This document shows, piece by piece, positions 1-10,280 of a DNA stretch of 64,000 nucleotides; the stretch's first letter is position 1; each line of letters opens with the position of its first letter. This DNA comes from Minisyncoccota bacterium (GTDB lineage Bacteria > Patescibacteriota > Minisyncoccia > Phycocordibacterales > UBA9973): contig JBAYKP010000004.1 in the NCBI GenBank assembly GCA_041664465.1, positions 6,876-70,875 of the forward strand, written 5' to 3'. The translations under genes and the position numbers were made by a program. The notes beneath the pieces were generated by a model. That model saw only the letters and a program-made list of their open reading frames with translations, was not told the origin of the DNA and made no database searches.

Positions 1-2634
1 AGAATTGATAAGAAACGCAAATTCTCCGTGGCATCTTTGCTTCGCGTCTTAGGACTCAATACAGATGAAGCTATCTTGAAAGCTTTCGGTGACAACGAAG
101 AAATACTGAAGACTATTAAAGTCTGTCTTGAGAAAGATCCAGCCAAGACACTTTCTGATTCATATATAGAGATATACAAGCGTCTTCGTGATGGCGATCT
201 AGCCACGCCTGATAATGCACGTGAATTTATGAGTATTCTTCTTTCAGCTGAGCGTTATGATCTTTCTCCTGTCGGGCGATTCCGTTTCAATAAAAGATTT
301 GAGAAAAGTATGGATGAGAAGGAAATGGAGCGTCGCACTATCTCTGCAGATGACGTCGTCACTATTGTGAAGAATATTATTGCCCTCAATAGCGACCCGC
401 ATTCCAAGGGAGATGATATAGACCACCTAGGTCAGCGTCGTGTGCGTTATGTCGGAGAAATGTTCCAACAGAAGATTCGTACCGGTATGGCTCAGATTAA
501 GAGAAATGTCCAAGACCGTATGTCAACCATTGACGTCGGGACGACAATGCCAATACAGATTATCAATCAGCGTCCTTTGCAAGCTCGTATCAAAGAATTC
601 TTCACTGCCAACCAGCTCTCACAATTTATGAACCAAGAGAACGTGATGGCAGAAGTGGAGCATTTGCGTATTCTCTCTGCACTCGGTCCTGGAGGTCTTA
701 CTCGTGAGCGAGCTGGGCTTGAAGTTCGTGACGTGCATACTTCTCACTATGGAAGAGTCTGTCCTATACATACACCTGAGGGTCCAAACATCGGACTTAT
801 CCTTCACCTTTCTACTTATGCCAAGATAAATGAATTTGGAATAATAGAGACACCTTATATAAAAGTTAAAAATGGCAAGATAACTTCCGAAGTTGTTTAT
901 CTAAACGCGCTTGAAGAAGAGAATTACAACATTGCTCACGCCGGGATAGACTATGATGATAAGGGCAATATAATTGATGACAAAGTAGAAGCTCGTCTGA
1001 AGACCAAGCCTGGAATGATTTCTAAAAATGAAATTGATTTTATAGATGTAGCGACGAACCAAGCTTTCTCGGTGGCGACTTCTATGATCCCATTCTTAGA
1101 ACACGATGATGCTCACAGAACACTGATGGGAAGTAATATGCAGAAGCAGGCTTTACCTTGTATCGTTCCAGAGATTCCTCTCGTGGCAACTGGTATAGAA
1201 GAATTGGCAAGTCGCGATTCTGGGCGTTTAGTTCTAGCCCTAGTTTCCGGGGATGTTACTTATGTAGATGCCAAGAAGATAATAGTCAAAGATGAGAAAG
1301 GCAAAGACCATACTTATCCTTTGATTACTTTCTCTCGTACGAACAACTTCTCTATCTTCCATCAGCGTCCTTCTGTCTCTATTGGAGACAAAGTGAAGCG
1401 TGGGCACGTACTTGCTGATACTAGTACGACAGATCACGGGCAGATAGCTATCGGGCAGAATGCTCTCATCGCCTTTATGTCTTGGGGTGGAGCGAACTAT
1501 GAAGATGCGATCATTCTTTCTGAGAAATTAGTGAAGGATAGCAAATTTACAAGTATTTACGTCACAGAATTTATTTGTAATGTTCGTGATACGAAATTAG
1601 GTCCTGAAATTACCACTCGCGATATTCCAAATGTAGGTGAGAATAAATTGAAAGACTTGGATGAAGACGGAATCATTGTTGTCGGAGCTGAAGTCACAGA
1701 GAATGATATTCTCGTTGGTAAAATTACTCCAAAAGGCGAGACCGAGCTCACTCCTGAGGAAAGGCTCCTTCGCTCTATCTTTACCGAGAAGGCTCGCGAT
1801 GTGAAAGATACATCATTAAGACTTGAACACGGTAAGAAGGGTAGAATCGTCGGAGTGAAAATTTTCTCTCGTGATCAAGGACATAATCTAGAATCTGGAA
1901 TTATAAAAAGAATTGTAGTGGAAATCGCACAGATTAGAAATATTTCTGTCGGAGACAAACTTTCTGGACGTCACGGCAACAAAGGAGTCATCTCAGTCAT
2001 TTTGCCTGAAGAAGAAATGCCATTTATGGCCGATGGTACTCCAGTAGATATCATCCTTACTCCGCTTGGTGTGCCTTCTCGTATGAACTTGGGGCAGATT
2101 CTTGAAATGCATTTGGGTTATGCGGCGCATACACTAGGCTATCAAGCTATCGTTCCTCCATTCTCATCAGCAACAGTTCCAGAAATAAAAGCTGAGCTTG
2201 TGAAAGCTGGAATGCCAGAATCTGGGAAGGTTACATTATATGATGGACGAACTGGGGATGCTTTTGACCAAGATGTGGCTATAGGTTATATGTATATGCT
2301 CAAGCTTCACCACATGGTGGAAGATAAACTTCATATGCGTTCTATCGGTCCATACTCCTTAATTACTCAGCAACCTCTCGGCGGTAAAGCGCAAGGTGGA
2401 GGACAAAGATTCGGAGAAATGGAGGTCTGGGCACTGGAAGGTCATGGAGCCGCTTACTCACTACGAGAAATGCTTACCATAAAGTCCGATGATATTATGG
2501 GTCGCTCACAGACATTTGACGCAATTATCAAAGGCAAAGTAATCGGTGAGCCAAATGTCCCAGCATCGTTTAATGTATTACTGAACTATCTCCGCGGATT
2601 ATCACTTGATGTTGAATTAAAAAAGTCGAAATAA
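1..2634 (+). CDS. rpoB: DNA-directed RNA polymerase subunit beta, 5'-truncated by the window edge
   Basis: Frame is open from base 1. Motifs DIDHLGQRRVR, GDKLSGRHGNKG, KLHHMVEDKLHMRSIGPYSLITQQPLGGKAQGGGQRFGEME. Confidence 0.99.
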   Translation, partial: RIDKKRKFSVASLLRVLGLNTDEAILKAFGDNEEILKTIKVCLEKDPAKTLSDSYIEIYKRLRDGDLATPDNAREFMSILLSAERYDLSPVGRFRFNKRFEKSMDEKEMERRTISADDVVTIVKNIIALNSDPHSKGDDIDHLGQRRVRYVGEMFQQKIRTGMAQIKRNVQDRMSTIDVGTTMPIQIINQRPLQARIKEFFTANQLSQFMNQENVMAEVEHLRILSALGPGGLTRERAGLEVRDVHTSHYGRVCPIHTPEGPNIGLILHLSTYAKINEFGIIETPYIKVKNGKITSEVVYLNALEEENYNIAHAGIDYDDKGNIIDDKVEARLKTKPGMISKNEIDFIDVATNQAFSVATSMIPFLEHDDAHRTLMGSNMQKQALPCIVPEIPLVATGIEELASRDSGRLVLALVSGDVTYVDAKKIIVKDEKGKDHTYPLITFSRTNNFSIFHQRPSVSIGDKVKRGHVLADTSTTDHGQIAIGQNALIAFMSWGGANYEDAIILSEKLVKDSKFTSIYVTEFICNVRDTKLGPEITTRDIPNVGENKLKDLDEDGIIVVGAEVTENDILVGKITPKGETELTPEERLLRSIFTEKARDVKDTSLRLEHGKKGRIVGVKIFSRDQGHNLESGIIKRIVVEIAQIRNISVGDKLSGRHGNKGVISVILPEEEMPFMADGTPVDIILTPLGVPSRMNLGQILEMHLGYAAHTLGYQAIVPPFSSATVPEIKAELVKAGMPESGKVTLYDGRTGDAFDQDVAIGYMYMLKLHHMVEDKLHMRSIGPYSLITQQPLGGKAQGGGQRFGEMEVWALEGHGAAYSLREMLTIKSDDIMGRSQTFDAIIKGKVIGEPNVPASFNVLLNYLRGLSLDVELKKSK

Positions 2635-2647
2635 ATTAATAAGGCAT

Positions 2648-2739
2648 TTCCTCCTCTCCTTACTAAGGAGAGGACCGAGGAGAGGTGAATTAATTAAGAA
2701 CCCCCTCTCAGTCTCCCCCTTGGTAAGGGGGAGAGGGAA
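2648..2739. repeat. ~90-bp double-hairpin (REPIN-like) element, intergenic copy
   Basis: Two inverted C/G-run hairpins (TCCTCTCCTT-ACT-AAGGAGAGGA and TCTCCCCCTT-GGT-AAGGGGGAGA) around spacer GTGAATTAATTAAGAAC. Related copies at 19047 and 21348. Confidence 0.85.
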
Positions 2740-2755
2740 TCAACAAACATAATAT

Positions 2756-5700
2756 ATGAAAATAATAGATACAACAGATTTCGATTCAATAACACTCAAG
2801 CTTGCTTCTCCTGAGAGAATAAAGGAATGGTCATACGGAGAAGTGACAAAGCCAGAAACTATCAACTATCGTACCGGTCGCTCCGAACGCTCAGGTCTCT
2901 TCGACGAAAGAATTTTCGGTCCAGAGAAAGATTACGAATGTTACTGTGGTAAATACAGAAGAATTCGTTACAAAGATATAATTTGTGAAAAATGTGGAGT
3001 GGAAGTTACTCGCTCTATCGTTCGCCGTGACAGAATGGGGCATATAGAGCTAGCATCCCCAGTATCGCATATTTGGTTCCTACGTGGGGTGCCAAGCCGC
3101 ATGTCTACGCTTCTCAATATCTCAGTCTCAGACTTGGAGAAAGTTATTTATTTTGCAGGATATATAGTAGTCAGTGTCTCAGCAACTGAAAAAGAAACTA
3201 TCACCAAGAATCTAGAAAGTGAATTCAAATCAAAAATCAAAAGTGCCAATAATGAAGAAGAAAAAGAAAAACTTAAAGAATTATTACTCAATACCAAGCG
3301 TGAGATATCTGAAATCGTCTTAGGTAAAGTCTTAAACGAGATAGCTTATCACCACTACGGACTCAAATACGGAAGTTGTTTCGAAGCAAGTATTGGAGCT
3401 GAGGCTATCTTCACTATCTTTAAGAATCTAGATTTAGAAAAATTGAAGACAGAGACGGCGGCAATGCTTCCAAAAGCCAGCAGTATAGATAAAGAAAAAT
3501 TGGAGAAGAGGATGTCCCTTATCCGCTCAATGATTCACTCTGGTATCAGACCTGAGTGGATGTTCCTCACTGTTATCCCAGTTATCCCTCCTGCTCTTCG
3601 TCCGATGGTGGCTCTTGATGGTGGGCGTCACGCGACTTCCGACTTGAACGATTTATATAGAAGAGTTATAAACAGAAATAATCGTCTTAAGAAATTAAAA
3701 GAAATTGGGGCTCCAGATGTGATTCTAAGAAATGAGAAAAGAATTTTGCAAGAAGCGGTAGATGCTCTGATAGATAACTCCATCGCCAAGCAGAATGATT
3801 CTCAAGCTGTCTCGGCTTCTCAGAAGCGTGCGCTCAAATCTCTTTCAGATAATTTAAAATCAAAGCAAGGTTTATTCCGTCAGAATTTGCTTGGTAAGCG
3901 TGTGGACTATTCCGGACGTTCCGTGATCGTCGTTGGTCCAGGATTGAAGCTCAATCAATGCGGACTTCCAAAGCATATGGCACTTGAACTTTTCAAACCT
4001 TTCGTAATTTCCAAAATATTAGAGACCGAGCTTGCTTTCAATATTCGTGGTGCCAATAGACTAATAGAAGAAGGCACGCCAGAAGTCTGGGCAATACTTG
4101 AAGAAGTAATCAGGGGGAAGTATGTGCTTCTAAACCGTGCACCAACACTTCACAGACTTGGTATTCAAGCCTTTAATCCTATCCTTATAGAAGGTCACGC
4201 TATTCAAGTGCATCCACTTGTCTGTGCCGGATTCAACGCCGACTTTGACGGGGACCAGATGGCTGTCTACGTACCGCTTGGAGAAATGGCTCAAATGGAA
4301 GCAAAAGAATATATGGCTTCCAATAAAAATTTATTGAAACCGCAAGATGGATCACCGATCGTAATGCCGAAGATGGATATCGTCCTTGGTTGTTACTGGA
4401 TGACAAAAGGAGTAGATGGCGAACGTGGAGAAGGTATGGCATTTGCAAGTCCAAACCAAGCTATTACAGCTTTTGATCTAGGAGTCATTACTTTCCGTGC
4501 CAAGATTAAAGTCCTAGGAACTGAGAAAGCTCGCTATGCAAAATTTGCAGATAAACCTTTTGAGACGACTGTCGGTAAATTATTCTTCAATAGTATTTTC
4601 CCTGATGACTTCCCATACATAGAAGATGAGATTACTATCAAGCGTATGTCGCTCCTTGTAGATGAGCTCATCGTCCACTATGGTATAGATGCTACTCCAA
4701 AATTCTTGGATAAAATTAAAGATTTCGGTTATCAATATGCGACCTACTCAGGGGTGACTTGGGGTATTGATAATGTGACAGTGCCAGCTGGCAAGAAAGA
4801 GATTGTGGCTAAGTTCCGTAAAGAAGAAGAAGTTGTCCGTGATCAATATGCCGAAGGACTCCTCTCAGAAGAAGAGCAATATCAAAAAGTTATTGAGATA
4901 TGGGAACACGCCAAGAAAGAAATTGAAAAGATAATTCCTGCCACTTTGGATACGAAGGGTTCCACCTATGATCTTGTGACCTCTGGCGCTCGAGGTAGTA
5001 TGGGGTCTCTCATTCAGATGTGTGGAATGAAAGGACTCATTGTGAATACTTCCGGTGCGACTCTTGACTTCCCAATCATCCCTTCATACATTGAAGGACT
5101 TTCACCACTTGAATATTTCATCACGACTCACGGTTCTCGTAAGGGTGCCGCCGACACGGCCTTAAATACGGCTAAAGCTGGTTACCTTACACGACGTCTA
5201 GTGGATGTAGCGCAAGATGTTGTCGTAACAGAGGAAGATTGTGGCACGAAGAATGGCAAGACGATAGTAGCTGTCCAAGGTGCTTTCGCGAAGTATATTC
5301 ACGGACGAGTACTTCTTGCTGATATAAAAGGAGAGGATGGTAAAGTGGTATTTAAAAAGGGAACACTTATAATGAAAGAAGATGCAAGATTGTTAGAGAA
5401 AATGGGAGTGAAAGAAGCTCTCGTCCGCACGCCACTTTCTTGTGAGACGACTCACGGTATATGTCGTATTTGTTATGGTCTTGATTTGGGGCGAAATACA
5501 ATGATAGAGCTAGGACAAGCCGTTGGTATCATCGCGGCGCAAGCTATCGGTGAGCCAGGAACCCAGCTGACACTTCGTACTTTCCACGCGGGTGGAGTCG
5601 CGACTGTGGATATCACGACAGGACTTCCTCGTGTTGAAGAAATTTTCGAAAGAAGAATTCCGAAGAATCCAGCTATTATATCTCAGACTGATGGCGAAGT

Positions 5701-6373
5701 GATAGACATCACAGATAATGGCAAAGAAAAGACTATTAAAGTTCTCTCTGACTCAAAAGCAGATGGCAAGAAAAATGAAATGGAATATACAGTTGCTTTC
5801 CGTCGTCAGCCCGCAGTCAAAGTCGGGATGCATGTGAAGAAAGGAGAACTTCTAACTGATGGCTCAGCTGATATAAATGAAGTTGTGAAATATGGTGGCA
5901 AGGAAATGGCAGAAGAATACATCGTAGATGAAATCAATAAAGTTTACGATTTGCAGAGTGCTTCAATCTCACGAAAACATATTGAAATAATTATTCGCCA
6001 AATGTTCTCACGAAAGAGAATTAAAGATGCCGGCGATACGACTTTCTCTCCAGGTGAAATAGTAGAAAATATTGAACTCATAGAAGAGAATAATCGCCTT
6101 AAAGAAGAAGGTGGAGGTATAGAAGCTACGGCTGGAACTATTGTTCTAGGTATTACCGAAGTTTCCCTTACGACGAAGAGCTGGCTCTCAGCGGCTTCCT
6201 TCCAGAATACAAACCGCGTTCTTATCAACAATGCAATCCGTGGTGGAGTGGATAATCTACGCGGACTCAAAGAGAACGTCATCATTGGTGGACTTATACC
6301 AGCAGGTACAGGCTTCGGTGTAGAAAAAGCTCAAAAAGAAAAAGAGGAAGTGAATGAAGAAGTTGTTGCTTAA
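2756..6373 (+). CDS. rpoC: DNA-directed RNA polymerase subunit beta'
   Basis: Zn finger CYCGKY...CEKCG, catalytic NADFDGDQM, AAQAIGEPGTQLTLRTFH. Confidence 0.99.
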   Translation: MKIIDTTDFDSITLKLASPERIKEWSYGEVTKPETINYRTGRSERSGLFDERIFGPEKDYECYCGKYRRIRYKDIICEKCGVEVTRSIVRRDRMGHIELASPVSHIWFLRGVPSRMSTLLNISVSDLEKVIYFAGYIVVSVSATEKETITKNLESEFKSKIKSANNEEEKEKLKELLLNTKREISEIVLGKVLNEIAYHHYGLKYGSCFEASIGAEAIFTIFKNLDLEKLKTETAAMLPKASSIDKEKLEKRMSLIRSMIHSGIRPEWMFLTVIPVIPPALRPMVALDGGRHATSDLNDLYRRVINRNNRLKKLKEIGAPDVILRNEKRILQEAVDALIDNSIAKQNDSQAVSASQKRALKSLSDNLKSKQGLFRQNLLGKRVDYSGRSVIVVGPGLKLNQCGLPKHMALELFKPFVISKILETELAFNIRGANRLIEEGTPEVWAILEEVIRGKYVLLNRAPTLHRLGIQAFNPILIEGHAIQVHPLVCAGFNADFDGDQMAVYVPLGEMAQMEAKEYMASNKNLLKPQDGSPIVMPKMDIVLGCYWMTKGVDGERGEGMAFASPNQAITAFDLGVITFRAKIKVLGTEKARYAKFADKPFETTVGKLFFNSIFPDDFPYIEDEITIKRMSLLVDELIVHYGIDATPKFLDKIKDFGYQYATYSGVTWGIDNVTVPAGKKEIVAKFRKEEEVVRDQYAEGLLSEEEQYQKVIEIWEHAKKEIEKIIPATLDTKGSTYDLVTSGARGSMGSLIQMCGMKGLIVNTSGATLDFPIIPSYIEGLSPLEYFITTHGSRKGAADTALNTAKAGYLTRRLVDVAQDVVVTEEDCGTKNGKTIVAVQGAFAKYIHGRVLLADIKGEDGKVVFKKGTLIMKEDARLLEKMGVKEALVRTPLSCETTHGICRICYGLDLGRNTMIELGQAVGIIAAQAIGEPGTQLTLRTFHAGGVATVDITTGLPRVEEIFERRIPKNPAIISQTDGEVIDITDNGKEKTIKVLSDSKADGKKNEMEYTVAFRRQPAVKVGMHVKKGELLTDGSADINEVVKYGGKEMAEEYIVDEINKVYDLQSASISRKHIEIIIRQMFSRKRIKDAGDTTFSPGEIVENIELIEENNRLKEEGGGIEATAGTIVLGITEVSLTTKSWLSAASFQNTNRVLINNAIRGGVDNLRGLKENVIIGGLIPAGTGFGVEKAQKEKEEVNEEVVA

Positions 6374-6380
6374 TAATTAA

Positions 6381-6398
6381 TAAGAGCGAAAGCTCTTA
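6381..6398 (+). terminator. small GAAA-tetraloop hairpin between rpoC and dnaG (weak terminator or processing stem)
   Basis: TAAGAGC-GAAA-GCTCTTA; lacks a clear U-tract. Confidence 0.35.
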
Positions 6399-6402
6399 AA
6401 TT

Positions 6403-8157
6403 ATGTCATCATCGGTAGATAAAATTAAAGAAAGGCTTTCCATTGTTGATGTTATTTCGAGTTACATACAGGTGGAGCAATCAGGAAAGAATTTCAAAGC
6501 TAAGTGTCCTTTTCACAATGAGAAGACGCCGTCATTTTTCATCTCGCCCGACCGAGGCACTTACTATTGTTTCGGTTGTGGGGAGAAGGGGGATATCTTT
6601 TCTTTCGTAGAGAAATTTGAAGGAGCTGACTTTATGGGAGCTTTGAAGTTACTTGCCGAAAGAGCTGGAGTTGAACTTCTATATGAAAGGGTAGATAAGA
6701 ATAAAGATAAAAAAGAATTGTATTTTGAAATACTAGAAGAAGCGACGAAATTCTTTGAAGCTAATTTTGAAAAAGAACCCAAAGTACGTGCCTACTTACT
6801 AAGCAGAGGTCTCAATGATACTAGTATTAAAGATTTCAGAATTGGATATGTCAAAGATGAATGGAGATCACTTTCTGATTATTTAATTGCTAAGGGTTAT
6901 AAGATAGAAGATTTGGAAACAGTTGGTTTGGTAAAGAAATCTGAAAAAGGTACATACGATAGATTCCGTTCTCGCATTATTTTCCCTATTAGTGATTCAA
7001 GTGGGAGAGTTATAGCTTTCTCGGGGAGGATATTTGGGAAGGATGATGCAACCGAAGCTAAATATTTGAATAGCCCTGATACGCCACTTTTCAATAAATC
7101 TAATGTCTTATTTGGTATAGATAAGGCGAAACTTTCTATAAGAAAAAGAGGATATAGTATTGTAGTAGAAGGACAGATGGATTTGATCCTTTCACATCAG
7201 GCAGACTTTACGAATACTGTCGCTGTCTCGGGGACGGCTTTCACTGACAGTATTACCAACAGTGAATCAAATATAAATAATTTAGGGCTTATCCGTCGTT
7301 TATCTTCCAATATTATTTTTGCTTATGATGGAGATAGTGCTGGAATAAGAGCGGCTAGTCGCTCAGCTATGATAGCTTTGTCTTTAGATATGCAAGTCAA
7401 AGTGGCACAACTTCCAGATGGGAAAGATCCCGCCGATATTATAAAAGATGATGTAGAGGAATGGAAAGATATTATTAAAAATGCGAAAGATATTATAACT
7501 TTTCACGTAGATAGAATTTGTAAAAATACAAATGATATAAGACAGAGAGGCAAGCTCGTCAGAGATGTCATCTTTCCTTTCTTAACTGTGGTGAAGAGTT
7601 CTATAGATAGATCTTCATATATGTCTATAATTCATTCTAAAACAGGGATACCAGCTTCGGCGGTGATTGAAGATTTTGGAGTTTATGAGAGGAACCATAT
7701 AGTAGAAAACAAGATAGAAAATTTAGATAATAAAGTAGTAGAAAAAGAAATAATTTCAAGAAGAGGTAATTTGGAGAAAAGATTGTTTGGGATTATTTTC
7801 TTACAAGAAAGAAATGACATTGGTATAGACAAAGAAGGAATTTTCTCTTTATTAAAAGAAAAAATAGGAGAAGATGAATTCCAGAAGATATATGAATTCC
7901 ATTCTCCATTTGGAGATGTCCTTGCGCAAGATATTGAAAGGTTGTATGGTGATAATATAAAAGATATTAATCGGCATATGGATGAGTTAATGTTAAATTT
8001 AGAAGGAGAAATTTTAGGAGAGCGTTTATTTTTATTAAGAGATAAGATTAACCAACAATCAAACTCAACTGAAAACTTTGATCCAGGTCCTATACTTATA
8101 GAGATACAAAATATAGGAGAAAGAATAGAAAAAATTAAAAGCAATAGGTCAAAATAA
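6403..8157 (+). CDS. dnaG: DNA primase
   Basis: CHC2 Zn finger [11 protein letters not shown]...CFGC; KYLNSPDT; Toprim VEGQMD and YDGDSAG. Confidence 0.98.
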   Translation: MSSSVDKIKERLSIVDVISSYIQVEQSGKNFKAKCPFHNEKTPSFFISPDRGTYYCFGCGEKGDIFSFVEKFEGADFMGALKLLAERAGVELLYERVDKNKDKKELYFEILEEATKFFEANFEKEPKVRAYLLSRGLNDTSIKDFRIGYVKDEWRSLSDYLIAKGYKIEDLETVGLVKKSEKGTYDRFRSRIIFPISDSSGRVIAFSGRIFGKDDATEAKYLNSPDTPLFNKSNVLFGIDKAKLSIRKRGYSIVVEGQMDLILSHQADFTNTVAVSGTAFTDSITNSESNINNLGLIRRLSSNIIFAYDGDSAGIRAASRSAMIALSLDMQVKVAQLPDGKDPADIIKDDVEEWKDIIKNAKDIITFHVDRICKNTNDIRQRGKLVRDVIFPFLTVVKSSIDRSSYMSIIHSKTGIPASAVIEDFGVYERNHIVENKIENLDNKVVEKEIISRRGNLEKRLFGIIFLQERNDIGIDKEGIFSLLKEKIGEDEFQKIYEFHSPFGDVLAQDIERLYGDNIKDINRHMDELMLNLEGEILGERLFLLRDKINQQSNSTENFDPGPILIEIQNIGERIEKIKSNRSK

Positions 8158-8161
8158 TTTT

Positions 8162-9484
8162 ATGAAAAAAAAGATGAAAAAAATAAACAAAAAAATAGTT
8201 AAAAAAATTATTAAGAAAGCCTCCTCCGCTAAAGCTACGGCAGGCCGAAGAAAAAAAGTAGTTAAAAAAGTCACACCTAAAAAGAAAAAGAAAGTTATAA
8301 AAAAAACTACTAAAAAAGTAGTTAAAAAATCTAAACCAAAGATTTCTAAATCTAAACCGAAAGCTAAAGTTAAAGTGATGTCTAATTCTAAAAGAGAGCT
8401 TTTAGAAAAGAAGCAAAAAAGTGAAGAAGGGAAAGCTCTAGAAATGATAGAGAAAGGCAAGAAAAGAGGCTTCGTAACTTATGATGAGATTATTAAGGAA
8501 TTTCCAGATATAGAGACCAATATACTTTTCTTGGATGAATTATATGATCGTTTTGCAGTGGCTGGTATTGATGTCTTGGAAGGAGGTAATTTGCTTGATA
8601 CATCGGGCGATGTAGAAAAGTTGGTTTTAAAATATAGTAAAGATGCCAAAACTTATGATTCTATTCAAATGTATTTGAAAGAGATAGGTCAGTATCCTCT
8701 GATTGCTGCCAGCGAAGAAAGAGAGCTTGCCAAGAGGATAGAAAAGGGAGACATAGAAGCCAAGAATCTGCTTGCCCGTGCGAACCTTCGTCTCGTAGTA
8801 TCTATTGCCAAGAAGTATGTCGGTAGAAGCTCGGACCTCACTTTGCTTGACCTGATTCAAGAAGGGAACTTGGGCTTGTTTAAAGCGGTAGAGAAATTTG
8901 ATTGGACCAAAGGATATAAATTCTCTACTTATGCCACTTGGTGGATACGCCAATCCATCACTCGTGCATTAGCGGATCAATCTCGCACTATCCGTATACC
9001 AGTGCATATGGTAGAAACTATTTCAAAGTATAAACAAGTAGTTAGAAGACTTTCTCAAGATCTTGGACGTGATCCTCTTGTGGAAGAAATAGCGACAGAA
9101 ATGAATTTAGAAGTAGAGAAGATTCATATAATAGAGCAGATCAATCAAGAAACTGTCTCCTTGGAGCAACCAATAGGAGATGATGACGAGAAGTCTACAC
9201 GTGGTGAGTTCATCCCTGATGATAAGATTCTTCGACCCGACCAAGATTCTTCACGTAGAATTCTTTCTGACCAGATAAGAGAAGTTTTAGAGACTTTGAG
9301 TCCTAAAGAGAGGAAGATTCTAGAGCTTCGTTATGGACTGATGGATGGAGTCCAGCATACCCTTGAAGAAGTCGGGCAAGAGTTCGGCGTCACTCGTGAG
9401 CGTATCCGTCAGATTGAAGCGAAGGTCCACGAAAAGCTCCGCAACAACGAAAAGATTGCCCGTCTTAAAAATTATTTTGATTAG
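8162..9484 (+). CDS. rpoD: primary sigma factor (sigma-70) with Lys-rich N-terminal extension
   Basis: [56 protein letters not shown]. Confidence 0.97.
   Translation: MKKKMKKINKKIVKKIIKKASSAKATAGRRKKVVKKVTPKKKKKVIKKTTKKVVKKSKPKISKSKPKAKVKVMSNSKRELLEKKQKSEEGKALEMIEKGKKRGFVTYDEIIKEFPDIETNILFLDELYDRFAVAGIDVLEGGNLLDTSGDVEKLVLKYSKDAKTYDSIQMYLKEIGQYPLIAASEERELAKRIEKGDIEAKNLLARANLRLVVSIAKKYVGRSSDLTLLDLIQEGNLGLFKAVEKFDWTKGYKFSTYATWWIRQSITRALADQSRTIRIPVHMVETISKYKQVVRRLSQDLGRDPLVEEIATEMNLEVEKIHIIEQINQETVSLEQPIGDDDEKSTRGEFIPDDKILRPDQDSSRRILSDQIREVLETLSPKERKILELRYGLMDGVQHTLEEVGQEFGVTRERIRQIEAKVHEKLRNNEKIARLKNYFD
8219..8249 (+). repeat. short palindromic insert (GCTAAAGCTACGG family) in rpoD
   Basis: GCCTCCTCCGCTAAAGCTACGGCAGGCCGAA, a GC-rich island in an A-rich Lys tract. 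Near-identical to the reverse complement of 50203-50232. Confidence 0.75.
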
Positions 9485-9485
9485 A

Positions 9486-10193
9486 TTATAGTTGTTGATC
9501 TACTGGGGCTTCTACTGGAGCTACTAATTTGAATAATAAATCTCCATATTTCCAGAAAGCGTCATTGCCTTTTATCTTGGCGATACATTCTGAAGCGATG
9601 GCTCTCTCCATTGCATGTTGATGGATTTGAACTAATGGAAATTGACGATAAACCCAAGCGATACTTCCATTTGATTCATTAATGATTCTCTCTAATATTG
9701 GATGAAATCTTGCGCAGAAAGGACATTCAAAATCAGAATATTCTATAATCGTTACTTTGGCTGTTTTAGGATTTCCTAAAATATGTTCACCATCTTCAAT
9801 AGGAGGAACTTCTCCTGTATAAGCTGTTGTTACTTTACCAGTGATGACTTCATCAATAACTTTTTTTACATTTTCATATGATTCGGCACCATTTATTTTA
9901 GATTTTACGCCATTTACACCAATCACAATACTATAAGGAGTCCCTGCTCCAGTTTCTCCTTTCATAGCGCTCCCCACACTAAATTCTATTTTTTTAGCAA
10001 AAGCATCTTTATCAAATGTTTTTACACATTCAGCAAGACTAGTCTTGGATACTCCGACTTGTTCTGACAAAGTTTTATCTTTAGGAGTAGCTCCACTCCC
10101 ACCTCTGGTTAATAAAATAGCTAACATTACTAAAAATCCTGCAACAATAATTGCTGTAGGTGTATTGATTTGTTGTTTTTTTTCTTTTTCCAT
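9486..10193 (-). CDS. membrane-anchored DsbA/thioredoxin-family oxidoreductase, apparently circularly permuted
   Basis: N-terminal TM helix; EYSDFECPFC active site; the GTP (cis-Pro) loop and INGA segment precede the CxxC instead of following it. Confidence 0.85.
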   Translation of the reverse strand: MEKEKKQQINTPTAIIVAGFLVMLAILLTRGGSGATPKDKTLSEQVGVSKTSLAECVKTFDKDAFAKKIEFSVGSAMKGETGAGTPYSIVIGVNGVKSKINGAESYENVKKVIDEVITGKVTTAYTGEVPPIEDGEHILGNPKTAKVTIIEYSDFECPFCARFHPILERIINESNGSIAWVYRQFPLVQIHQHAMERAIASECIAKIKGNDAFWKYGDLLFKLVAPVEAPVDQQL

Positions 10194-10240
10194 AGGATTA
10201 TTATATCACATAATTAATTTAATCAACCATTAAATGTGTA

Positions 10241-10269
10241 TTGAAAAATAGGGCTAATTGTGATATAAT
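10241..10269 (+). promoter_or_regulatory. sigma-70 promoter for the glycosyltransferase operon
   Basis: TTGAAA-17 bp-TATAAT with extended -10 TG. Confidence 0.6.
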
Positions 10270-10280
10270 ACACTTCATAC

